A DNA stretch of 19,894 nt from Bdellovibrionota bacterium FG-2. Lineage in GTDB: Bacteria > Bdellovibrionota > UBA1018. Shown here in pieces: positions 1-7,948 of the stretch. Every line of letters begins with the position of its first letter. The stretch's first letter is position 1. The stretch covers positions 1 to 19,894 of the forward strand of contig JBBCAV010000060.1 of assembly GCA_051382305.1 (NCBI GenBank), given 5' to 3'. The translations under genes and the position numbers were made by a program. The notes under the pieces were generated by a model. The model saw only the letters and a program-made list of their open reading frames with translations, was not told where the DNA came from and did no database searches.

Positions 1-97
1 GGTTGCGATTGAACATTTGAAAACAGAAAATTCACACAAAAACATGTCAACACTTTTTTTATTTTTATGAAAATAAATTAGACGGCTGGCCAATTAC
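1..97 (-). mobile_element. Terminus of a probable IS (IS66/ISBst12-like end), left copy, cut by the window edge
   Basis: Exact reverse complement of 19732-19828. It ends inward as ...GGCTGGCCAATTAC, i.e. a GTAA-N5-CAG terminus like IS66-family IRs. It supplies the TAA (96-94) that stops the neighbouring ORF. No transposase is visible in the window. Confidence 0.6.
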
Positions 98-654
98 CTT
101 ATTTCTACCTCAATTTGAGGCGGCTTCCTGCTCAAACTGAGGTGGCTTCCCCCTCGATTTGAGGGAGGTGGTGGACTGGGTGGAGGCGCCTCGTTTCGAG
201 GTGGCTTACCTTGAGGGACCTTACCATCTGGTGGACTCCAGACGGCCTGCGCCGTAATCCGCCAAAGATTGCCCCGCTTGAAATCCGTCTGGACGAGCTG
301 GATCAGCTTCGTCTCTCGAAGAATCTTCAGGGCACGCGAAACGGTGGCATGTGGCATTCCAAGCGCCTCGGTGATGAAGCCGATCGAGGCGCGAACCGTT
401 CCATCGGAGTCTGGGAATCTCCAGCCCTGACTGCTCAGCCACAGATATAGGCGAAACGAGTCGCCAGAAAGATCGCGTAGCTTTCGGTCACGAAATACGG
501 AATGAGCCAGCTGAAAGTAACCCCCATCTGCAACTCCAACTTTTCCTGATGGCTGGCAACACTGAGCCACCTCAGTGAGAGTTCTCTCTTGATTGGCCAC
601 TGTCATGGGGGATTGGACTTCACTTGGATTTGAGGTTCGTCCATTCCCTCTCAT
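94..654 (-). pseudogene. Winged-helix/HTH replication-initiator-like protein, C-terminally truncated by the terminal repeat
   Basis: N-terminal GYFQLAHSVF..LSGDSFRLYLWL..ASIGFITEALGMPHATVSRALKILRETKLI is typical of phage/plasmid initiator HTH domains. A Pro-rich linker encoded by iteron-like repeats follows. GAGGT RBS precedes the ATG. The stop codon lies inside the 1-97 repeat. Confidence 0.65.
108..210. repeat. Iteron-like array (putative oriV) inside the initiator gene
   Basis: CCTCAATTTGAGG (108-120), GCTCAAACTGAGG (130-142), CCTCGATTTGAGG (152-164), CCTCGTTTCGAGG (189-201). The first three are at an exact 22-bp period, and three of four are followed by YGGCTT. Confidence 0.7.
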
Positions 655-746
655 AGGACACCTCTGCTGTAGGCTGATTGAGTTGAAATTGGCCGGTTAA
701 GATTATGATTCGCAATGGCAATGATGGGGCAAAGTGATTGGTTCAT
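651..746 (-). CDS. 31-aa leader peptide (MNQSLCPIIAIANHNLNRPISTQSAYSRGVL) translationally coupled to the initiator gene
   Basis: Own GGAGAG RBS (755-750). Its TGA overlaps the initiator ATG (ATGA, 654-651). It is below the ORF-track size cutoff. Confidence 0.55.
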   Translation of the reverse strand: MNQSLCPIIAIANHNLNRPISTQSAYSRGVL

Positions 747-762
747 ATTCTCTCCATTCGTG

Positions 763-792
763 TTGACAGAGACGGCACCTCTCATTAAGAAT
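763..792 (+). promoter_or_regulatory. sigma70-type promoter firing antisense to the rep leader
   Basis: Perfect TTGACA at 763-768, 17-18 bp spacer, TAAGAAT at 786-792. Confidence 0.6.
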
Positions 793-797
793 AGAGA

Positions 798-943
798 AGT
801 ACCCGCCAGGAGCCGCGTAAAGCAGCTCCGGTTAAGGTTGCAAACATCAGATTCCGGACCTGCGAAGATCGAGATCTGAGCGAGTTAAAGTTTGAAAAGC
901 CTGGAGCCCATTTTAGTAGAATGGCTCTGGGCTTTTTCGTTTT
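798..943 (+). ncRNA. Putative ~140-nt counter-transcribed antisense RNA (ctRNA-like)
   Basis: Lies between the TTGACA promoter and an intrinsic terminator. Internal hairpins GGAGC..GCTCC (809-829) and TCAGAT..ATCTGA (847-879). No ORF-track ORF. Antisense to the presumed rep 5' UTR. Confidence 0.55.
895..943 (+). terminator. Rho-independent terminator
   Basis: AAAAGCCTGGAGCC...GGCTCTGGGCTTTT stem followed by TTTTTCGTTTT. Confidence 0.75.
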
Positions 944-1025
944 ATGTGATTGTGCGCACTAAGATACCTACCTTCTCATTCTTTTTTGCAGGAAGAGGCG
1001 CCTAACCGTGTGAGATGGGGGCGAC

Positions 1026-1285
1026 TTTGTCCTACGTTTTTCACCCGCCGGGAAGTAGGACAAAAACAGGCAAGAATCAGGAAATTCCCGAAATCTAGCG
1101 ACTGACCGGGAAATGCTGAAAGCCACAACTCGATCCTAACTGCTTGAATCGATTACGCTGCGTTTTCCACTTCTTGCTTACTTTTACTCGGTAGGATCAA
1201 CCAGATTTGTTTTTAAAATGGCTGGTTTGACGGGGACTGAATGAAATTAACTACTTAAAGTCGATTTTGTCCTATTTTAGGACAA
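1026..1285. other. attP-like recombination region with candidate integrase arm sites and IHF-like sites
   Basis: TTGTCCTA motif occurs four times as two inverted pairs (1026-1035/1055-1064 and 1267-1274/1278-1285). IHF-like TAACTGCTTGAAT at 1137-1149. A tRNA-like core lies between the pairs. The region is directly downstream of int-yhcG. Confidence 0.6.
1219..1236 (-). other. Candidate att core resembling a tRNA 3' end (…CCAGCCA, tRNA-Gln-like)
   Basis: Minus strand reads TCCCCGTCAAACCAGCCA followed by AT-rich TTTTAAAAAC. It fits T-stem 3' strand + acceptor strand + G discriminator + CCA. No 5' tRNA half is present. Confidence 0.45.
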
Positions 1286-1305
1286 GCATTTGCGTCATGC
1301 AATGC

Positions 1306-2493
1306 CTATTTGTACTTCTTGTCCCTCCTTGAAATTTTCATCGCATCTTTTTGTTTTGGCAGCGGGGAATCCGTCTTGCCCAACTCTGTTTCCAACTGCT
1401 CCACCGTCGGCAAAGTGCCCTTCAGTTCCTTGGGAAGTGATTTAACGATTCGGGTCTCCCAATGCGCGACGCCGATGGGCTTTTTGAGATCACGCAGGGC
1501 GTACTCTACGATTATTTTATTTTTGGATCGGCAGAGTAGTAGTCCGATTGTGGGTTTATCGCCGGAGTGACGAAGGAGATCATCGGCTGCTGAAAGATAG
1601 AGGTTCATTTTCCCGACGAAGGCAGGATCGAAAGCAACAGCCTTAAGCTCGACGACCACGTAACAACGCAATTCCAGATGATAAAAGAGCAGATCCAGGT
1701 AGTAGTCTTGATCGCCCACCTCAAGGTGTACCTGGCGTCCAACAAAGGCAAAACCTGCGCCCAATTCGAGGAGAAAACGCTGAATATGGTCCACGAGGGC
1801 CTGCTCGATCTCGCGCTCGCGGCGGGGATCGGCAGTGCCGAGAAAGTCAAAAAGGTATGGGTCTTTGAAAACCTGTTTAGCGAGGTCCGACTCGGCTGGC
1901 GGAAGCGCTGCCGCGAAGTTGGAGACAGCCTTTCCCTGGCGCTCATGGGCACGGGATTCGATTTGCAGGGAAAGGATGTTGTGCGACCATCCGTGCTTGG
2001 CGCTTTTGTCAGCGTACCAGAGGCGTTCCGCAGGCGTGCGACACTTCTCAATCAGGGCGATATGGTGGTACCAAGGCAATTGTGCAAGAGGCTCTTGCAC
2101 AATTGACCTTTCCGGCCAGGCGGCAGCGAAAGCTCGCATATATTTTAGATTTCGAGGTGAAAGTCCCTTCATTTCAGGGTATTCCTTGCGTAGATCTTCG
2201 GCGAGCCGATCAATCACTCTGGCTCCCCAGCCAGCCTGTTCTTGGCGATCAAGGATCATCCGGCCAATGTCCCAGTAGAGCGAGACCATCGCCGAATTTG
2301 CGGTTAAAACTATTCGTAAACGCTCATCCCCGATACGTCGCTTAATTTCATGCAGAATATTTGCGTAATCGCGAGGTAGGTCTGTTCGCGACCCGCCAAC
2401 AGGGAAGGACGCCTCTTCGCGTGCTCGACCCCGAATGCTTCGTGTTTCGTTTGGTTTCTGTTTTTTAATTGTTTTACCTTGGTTCTTGCTCAT
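1306..2493 (-). CDS. yhcG: YhcG/DUF1016 family PD-(D/E)XK nuclease domain protein
   Basis: LYWDIGRMI..GWGARVIDRLAEDL..GLSPRNLKYMRAFA, KDPYLFDFL, FLLELGAGFAFVGRQ, YLDLLFYHLELRCYVVVELK, PTIGLLLC. Confidence 0.93.
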   Translation of the reverse strand: MSKNQGKTIKKQKPNETRSIRGRAREEASFPVGGSRTDLPRDYANILHEIKRRIGDERLRIVLTANSAMVSLYWDIGRMILDRQEQAGWGARVIDRLAEDLRKEYPEMKGLSPRNLKYMRAFAAAWPERSIVQEPLAQLPWYHHIALIEKCRTPAERLWYADKSAKHGWSHNILSLQIESRAHERQGKAVSNFAAALPPAESDLAKQVFKDPYLFDFLGTADPRREREIEQALVDHIQRFLLELGAGFAFVGRQVHLEVGDQDYYLDLLFYHLELRCYVVVELKAVAFDPAFVGKMNLYLSAADDLLRHSGDKPTIGLLLCRSKNKIIVEYALRDLKKPIGVAHWETRIVKSLPKELKGTLPTVEQLETELGKTDSPLPKQKDAMKISRRDKKYK

Positions 2494-2504
2494 CGATCAC
2501 CTGC

Positions 2505-3710
2505 CTATTTATTCTTAAAATCAAACAAGCTAACCACCTTCTCCATCACGGCCTCGTCTGTCGGAATGAATTTTAACCTCTCCGTCGCTCCGCCCTCGTC
2601 GATACCGGCAAGACGGATATACCGCTGCATGGTCTTCATATCCTTCCAACCACAAATCTTCATTACGACCGTAGCCGGAATCCCTGAAGCAATCAACTGG
2701 GTTGCGAAGCAGGCGCGTAGCGTATGAAATTTAATGGATGGGATACTGTTTGCCTGGCAAAAACCACGCAGGATCATGGCCTGCATTCCAAGGCGCCAAT
2801 CGGAAAAGGGCGGGAGTAGGGGGTCGTCGGACTTTTTCTCGTCGATTTTCAGCTCCTGCACGAGAAACCAATAAAAATCACTCGATACCGGAACGCTACG
2901 CCAATAGCCTGCTTTGGTTGGCCCCAGTTCTTTGAGGCGGGTATTCCAATTCTTTCGAATTCGGATCAGCCCATAGCGTCGTTGCTCTGGAGGCAGTTTT
3001 TCACACGCGATGGCATCCTCGCGTGAAATAATCTCAACGTCACTTCTTTTTAGCGCCTGAAGCTCGCCGCTGCGGCATCCCGTATAGACAGCAGTTACCC
3101 ACACCGGATACCAGGGATGTTGCTGTTCTTTTGCTTTGCGCAGTAGATCGCGGATTTCAATGATTGTAAGAACTTCTGGAACTTTTTCCTCGCGGTCCTT
3201 TTCGATTTCCATTCCGTGAACCGGTGTTTCGTGAACGCCATTAATGAGCTTTTCTTCGATGCCCCAGGTATAAACTAGGCTAATCGTATTCTTTAGATGT
3301 TTGCAGAATCCTCCATTTTTGCCCTCGGCCTGTGCATGGCGTATGATCTCGCGACCATCCCCTCGATTCAGCTCGGATGCGACACGGGGCAACCATGGCC
3401 CCGTCCAGTTTCGGAGCAGTGAACAGTAGTCCTCAATAGTTGTCCTGGCGTAGCGCTTGGTGGGGTAGATTTCCTGATACCGTCCCCAACGATCGATTAC
3501 ATCACGCCATTTGAGGCCCTGCGCCTCCATGGTGGAGAGCTTTTCAGAAAGCTCTCGAAGGACCTTTTTTTCCTCTGCAAGCGCTTCTTTTTCTGAGGTT
3601 AATCCGTTGATCCGCTTTTGGACGCGGATTCGCCGATCCTTTCGACTGCGAATGTCGACATAGACTTGCCAATAGGTTTTTCCATTTTCTTCGTAACTTG
3701 AAACCGCCAT
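2505..3710 (-). CDS. int: Tyrosine recombinase / site-specific integrase
   Basis: Catalytic set R (TGCRSGEL), K (TKAG), HxxR (FHTLRAC), W (CGWKD), Y (TMQRY). N-terminal arm-binding-like region. AGGGGG RBS. Confidence 0.95.
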   Translation of the reverse strand: MAVSSYEENGKTYWQVYVDIRSRKDRRIRVQKRINGLTSEKEALAEEKKVLRELSEKLSTMEAQGLKWRDVIDRWGRYQEIYPTKRYARTTIEDYCSLLRNWTGPWLPRVASELNRGDGREIIRHAQAEGKNGGFCKHLKNTISLVYTWGIEEKLINGVHETPVHGMEIEKDREEKVPEVLTIIEIRDLLRKAKEQQHPWYPVWVTAVYTGCRSGELQALKRSDVEIISREDAIACEKLPPEQRRYGLIRIRKNWNTRLKELGPTKAGYWRSVPVSSDFYWFLVQELKIDEKKSDDPLLPPFSDWRLGMQAMILRGFCQANSIPSIKFHTLRACFATQLIASGIPATVVMKICGWKDMKTMQRYIRLAGIDEGGATERLKFIPTDEAVMEKVVSLFDFKNK

Positions 3711-3724
3711 AAATCCCCCTTTTG

Positions 3725-3946
3725 CTAAAAAGCTGAGGATTCAAGCATTCGGTCGAGTTCGAGCCTACGAAAGTAAAGCCGCCTGTGGAATTTTCTGGGC
3801 CGGATATAACCCCGGTACACCATAATCCGAAGGGCATTGGCCGTTTTTCGGAGGTACTTTGCAGCATCTTTCGAATCTAGCCACGAGAGGTGGTCAAATC
3901 CGACTTCAATCACGTCACGATCAGTCGCAGTTTCGATTGTACTCAT
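3725..3946 (-). CDS. Excisionase/Xis-like HTH protein
   Basis: 73 aa, WLDSKDAAKYLRKTANALRIMVYRGYIRPRKFHRRLYFRRLELDRML matches the HTH_17/Xis pattern. Immediately upstream of int. GGAGG RBS. Confidence 0.8.
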   Translation of the reverse strand: MSTIETATDRDVIEVGFDHLSWLDSKDAAKYLRKTANALRIMVYRGYIRPRKFHRRLYFRRLELDRMLESSAF

Positions 3947-4281
3947 GCTTTTCCTCCTTGGCCACTCGAAAGCAGGACTCCGATGAATTCGTCTTTCGAC
4001 ACCTTGCCATGCTCGGCGCAGTACTCTTGAAAACGCTTCTCCATCCGGTCCTTGTTGGAGAGCGAGCGGTCCTTGAGCTGCTCCAGATGCGAAGGTTGCA
4101 ACAGCGTTATTGCGAGTGAGACGAATTCGTCCGCCGTGACGGCACGCCCGAAATTCTTGCGGTTGATCACCGCAAGCTCGCCTTGGATCTTCTTTTTTGT
4201 CTCGCGCTTGACGCGGAGATTGTCGGTCTTGAGCTTGGTCTTTTTGACTGTTGGTACGGTTTGTGTGGTTCCGGTGTTCAT
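3943..4281 (-). CDS. Small basic protein, possible ribbon-helix-helix DNA-binding regulator
   Basis: TDNLRVKRETKKKI..TADEFVSLAITLL strand-helix-helix pattern. ATG 4281 has an AAGGGGG RBS (alternative ATG 4296 overlaps the relaxase stop). Its stop overlaps the xis start. Confidence 0.55.
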   Translation of the reverse strand: MNTGTTQTVPTVKKTKLKTDNLRVKRETKKKIQGELAVINRKNFGRAVTADEFVSLAITLLQPSHLEQLKDRSLSNKDRMEKRFQEYCAEHGKVSKDEFIGVLLSSGQGGKA

Positions 4282-4292
4282 AATTTCCCCCT

Positions 4293-6149
4293 TCATGGAA
4301 AATGGATTTCTCGCTCTAGGCCCATATCCCGCGACAGCGAGCGCTCATGTGGCGCGGGCGTGGGTGGTTCCCACGTTAAACTGACTTCAATGTGGAACGG
4401 ATTAAGAGAGTCTCGGAGTGAGTCAAAGAATTGCAAAATGTCAGGGGCATGGGTTTGCGACTGTCCGGCACTGTTGATGACAATCACGCGCTCTAGCTCG
4501 CGGTGACGTGCGATAGCTTGGTGAACGGGCTTAAGTGAGGGTGCGAGCAACACTAGCTGGGCAGCGTTGGTCGCCTCGGGGTCGATGTAAAGGTTAGGCG
4601 AGCCTTTAAGAAATGCCTCGGGCTCAAGATACAAGTGCAGCTCTCGCGCCTTCTTGGGGTGAGAGGCGAAGAAATCTCCCTCAGCCTTTCCCTGGCGGCG
4701 TGTTTTGTATCGGCCGTCGTCCTGGGGGATGAAGTCCAGTGCCCCTTCATTGGTGTCTGCTGAAAATAAGTGGATCACCCCGTCTCGCCCGACGTTTACT
4801 CGTTGGCGTTTCAAAAGTTCACCATGGACCCGGTGACTGGGGGAGTGGCCCAGCCACCGGGAGAGGTGGGCGATAGAATCAGCTCGTGTTGTGGGGTCGC
4901 CCTTGGGAATATAACCTCTGGGAATATAAAATGACTGGTAGCCTCGCTTTTCTTCCCCCATATGTTGTTCGAGAAGCATGAGTTTAGGGTTGTTATTAAG
5001 GATCGAAACGGCATGGAGGAATCCCACTTCGCGGTGAGAGGCCACGAAGTCGATCGCGTTGCCGCGTGTTTTGTTGCGGTGGTTGGTCCAGGTGTACTCT
5101 GAAACTTCAACGTAATCGCGCCCACGAAGAACCGTTCGGCCATCCTCGGTGCGTGATAGGCCGATTTTAGTGCGCTCGCAGTAGCCAAGAATGCTTTGCA
5201 TTTTAGCGCGCTGGATCTCTTCAATAGGAATTACGCTTTTGGCCAGCTCGTCTTCGCGTGGGTGACTCACTCCCTCGGCGCGCGTGGATACCAGGGGTGA
5301 CGCTTGAGGCGTATCCTGCTCAGGACTGGTGAGCGCGTGCGGGGGAGTGCGGTAGTCTGCAATCAAGTCGGAGAGGGTCGCACGCAACTCAGGGGATGCT
5401 GCCACTCGTGCGCGGTTGGATTCAAACTTTCGCTCAAGTGCGGGTTTATCCAGTTGCGGATCGAGGTTGCGACCTCGTTTTCCATGGGTTTTGTCGGGGT
5501 AATAGTAGGTGATGTTCTGGGGCTCGATGCGGACTTGAACATCAAAGGCGTTTAAGATCGCAAGATACTCGTCGTAACCTGTGGCATGGCGACTGGCGAA
5601 GTTCGCTTTGTTCGCCATGTCGACGATGTAAGAGCGCCCGCGCATGCGGTCAATACGCTGGACCTTATCGCTCAATCCTGTTCGGCGGTGTTGTGCCCCT
5701 TTAGGGAGAACACTTAATCCATGGGACAGGCAGATTTCATCGCTTAAGTCTCGCAAGGTTTGCAGGTGGCACTTCTTGTTTTGAATACGCTCTCCGGTTG
5801 CAAGGCTTACTGGATTGAGCGCGATGTGATTATGGAGGTGAGGGGTGTCCGTGTGAGTTTGAACGACGTACTGGTGTTGGGGGGCAAAACGAGAAATCAA
5901 TTCCTCACCCATCCCATGAACCTGCTCCGGCGTCAGTCGCTTGCTCTCCTCGGGTGAAAAACTTTGGATGATGTGAATGATCTCGTTGCCCGCTGATCGC
6001 ATCTTCTCTTGCGTGGCCACATAGTCCTTGCGCATCGACTTCAAATGGACGCCTTGCTCAGTCTGAGGATTGGCTTCGCGCTCATTGGAGCGTAGGTACT
6101 TTTCAACCCGAGTCGCGTCTTGAACGAATAGAATTTTAACGGTGGCCAT
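4293..6149 (-). CDS. MOBP-family (VirD2/MobA-type) relaxase with C-terminal primase-like accessory region
   Basis: Motif I Tyr (VEKYL), motif II HIIQSFSPEE, motif III HQYVVQTHTDTPHLHNHIALNPV. C-terminal GNAIDFVASHREVGFLHAVSIL. Confidence 0.92.
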   Translation of the reverse strand: MATVKILFVQDATRVEKYLRSNEREANPQTEQGVHLKSMRKDYVATQEKMRSAGNEIIHIIQSFSPEESKRLTPEQVHGMGEELISRFAPQHQYVVQTHTDTPHLHNHIALNPVSLATGERIQNKKCHLQTLRDLSDEICLSHGLSVLPKGAQHRRTGLSDKVQRIDRMRGRSYIVDMANKANFASRHATGYDEYLAILNAFDVQVRIEPQNITYYYPDKTHGKRGRNLDPQLDKPALERKFESNRARVAASPELRATLSDLIADYRTPPHALTSPEQDTPQASPLVSTRAEGVSHPREDELAKSVIPIEEIQRAKMQSILGYCERTKIGLSRTEDGRTVLRGRDYVEVSEYTWTNHRNKTRGNAIDFVASHREVGFLHAVSILNNNPKLMLLEQHMGEEKRGYQSFYIPRGYIPKGDPTTRADSIAHLSRWLGHSPSHRVHGELLKRQRVNVGRDGVIHLFSADTNEGALDFIPQDDGRYKTRRQGKAEGDFFASHPKKARELHLYLEPEAFLKGSPNLYIDPEATNAAQLVLLAPSLKPVHQAIARHRELERVIVINSAGQSQTHAPDILQFFDSLRDSLNPFHIEVSLTWEPPTPAPHERSLSRDMGLEREIHFP

Positions 6150-6459
6150 AGTCCCTCATGGCGAGTGCGTGCAGGTCCTCAAGGAGCTTGTGCATTGCTT
6201 TGATGTGATCAGAAACCTCTTTGGCGATGCCGCTGTTGACTCCCTTTGCGATCTGGTTGAGGTTGTTGCCAATGGCAGCGATCTGGCGAATGAGTTCTCG
6301 ACTTGTCTCGTAGTCGAATGCGGGTGGTTGCAGTTCGGCTGAGTTGAAGAAACGCGTTTTAAGGAGCCAGGGTATACTACGTCCAGTGAGGAGTTGCTGG
6401 CGCGTGATTCGGCGATATTCAACGGGCGAAAAGCGCACAGTAGTGCGACAAGAACTCAT
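6136..6459 (-). CDS. mobC: MobC relaxosome accessory protein (RHH)
   Basis: TTVRFSPVEY N-terminus and LIRQIAAIGNNLNQIAKGVN signature. Overlaps the relaxase start. Confidence 0.92.
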   Translation of the reverse strand: MSSCRTTVRFSPVEYRRITRQQLLTGRSIPWLLKTRFFNSAELQPPAFDYETSRELIRQIAAIGNNLNQIAKGVNSGIAKEVSDHIKAMHKLLEDLHALAMRDYGHR

Positions 6460-6510
6460 GATCGTGTCCTCGACGCAGAATGCAGGGGGGAAGAAAAGTG
6501 GGGAAAAACC

Positions 6511-6545
6511 TCAGATGCAAGCATGGACTCTGACGTCAGAGCCCC
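6511..6545 (-). other. Putative oriT with nic site
   Basis: Palindrome CTCTGACGTCAGAG (6528-6541) followed on the minus strand by TCCATGCTTG^CAT, resembling MOBP nic sites (RP4 ATCCTG^C, pC221 GCTTG^C). Just upstream of mobC. Confidence 0.65.
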
Positions 6546-6586
6546 GTTACTACCCCGAGGCATGCTGCCCCGGACCCCTGTGACAT

Positions 6587-7948
6587 TCATACTAAACCTC
6601 CAACAGCCTTAGCAGCCAAACCAGCGCCGGAGGAAACGCCCTCGGGCAAAGTGTCGGGCGCCGAATCCGAAAGCAACGGTCGCAGCCCCATAATGAGGGA
6701 GCCCGTGAAGAGCGGACCGATCATAAGTTGAAGCCACGAGTAGACGGCAAATGCCTGATAGAGCCGTGATGAAACGAGGGTCGCAGCATAAAGGGACACT
6801 CCGTCAGTGAGGTGCCCGAAGGCTTCGAGTGTTTCCAAGTTGAGCGCAAGGGTTGTGACGACGTGGTAGAGAAGCGCCCAGAGGGGATTCCAAAGGCAGA
6901 TGCTCAGGTAGGTCATCCACCACCAGACAACGGGTTTCCAATGGCCTGCGGCAAGAAAGAATACGAGGATTGGAAAAAATCCAACGAGAAGCATTTTGAG
7001 GAATCCTGAAACGTGCGGCGCGCGAGCGAAATGATCCGACAATTCCTGTGAGCGCTTTGCCGCGACGGCTGCGCCCTTAAGTTCGCGGCGGCCCAACAGA
7101 GAGAGCACACCGTCCATTGAAAATGCGCGGTTGAGATACTGCATGATTCGTCCGCCAGTGCCAGGAAGCTCAGCGCCCTTCTCGACGCCCATCGTGCCCT
7201 CGCGGCCTTCGAGGTAGTGGTTGACGAGGAGGTTCGACGTCACCCAGTTTTCATAGTTCTGGCCGAAGCCTTGCCAAAATCTAGGAATACCGGAGCCTTC
7301 GGTAACGGCTCGGTCGTAAACGGATGAGTGATGGTGAGCGTAGTCGGCGAGGGCTTGGTTCATTCCTTGTTTTAGCTCCAGGCAATTGCCTAAGGGACCG
7401 TTGCCAAGTGGAATCGCAGCGAGCTTGCGATCGGCGCCGCTTTCGCGTGAGAAGTAGCGGTCGAGGAAGTTGCCGTCGGTCGCGGTGTTATATTGCGGCA
7501 GAACTTTGCTCAGGCATTCCTCAGTGTAGAAGTCGATGCTTGATTTAAGCTCGGGGTCGTCGATGGAGTCAGACGCTGCGCCCAGCATCGCTTTGTAAAA
7601 GAAGTTTGCGGACGTGGCCTGCGGATTGGTCCGGCTAAATGTCGCGTCCACAAGCAGCGCCAGGGCGCGGGCGATCTCTTCAGCCGAGGCCGAGAGCAAT
7701 CGAAAGACGAGACTGACCCGGTACTGGTCTTTGGCGGTTGGGAGGTGATTTGTGATGTAAGGGTTCTGGGTCCACGATCCGCCTGTCATGTTTGCGGGGT
7801 TAACGCTTGCGTCGACCTTGAGGAGCGAGATTCCGACGAAGAGGCAAAATACAAGAACGACGACGCTGCCTACAGGTGCGCGTCGTGAGCGCAAGAAAAA
7901 CGGAACGTAGCGGGAGGCGAAGTGAACGAGGAATGTAAAGAAGGCGTA
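6587..7948 (-). pseudogene. traG: TraG-N-like inner-membrane mating-pair protein, 5' end missing
   Basis: Follows traH-like in operon order. Has TM-periplasmic-multi-TM layout with F..Y..EC and Y....LW.PLWALL motifs. The frame stays open upstream of TTG 7894 as hydrophobic YAFFTFLVHFASRYVPFF, with no ATG/RBS before the stop at 7969-7967. Confidence 0.7.

Noticed and set aside
1-97. Terminal inverted repeats of a linear plasmid/phage or the ICE's own ends
   Set aside because: Both copies interrupt genes mid-frame, and the element's own integrase is a tyrosine recombinase with a separate att-like site. An IS end explains this better, though it is not proven.
1200-1300. Complete tRNA gene
   Set aside because: Only a 3'-end-like 18-mer is present. 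The T-loop is imperfect and no D or anticodon arm can be folded.
4899-4928. 15-bp imperfect tandem duplication in the relaxase (YIPRG YIPKG)
   Set aside because: In frame, two copies only. Most simply a slippage duplication with no evident function.
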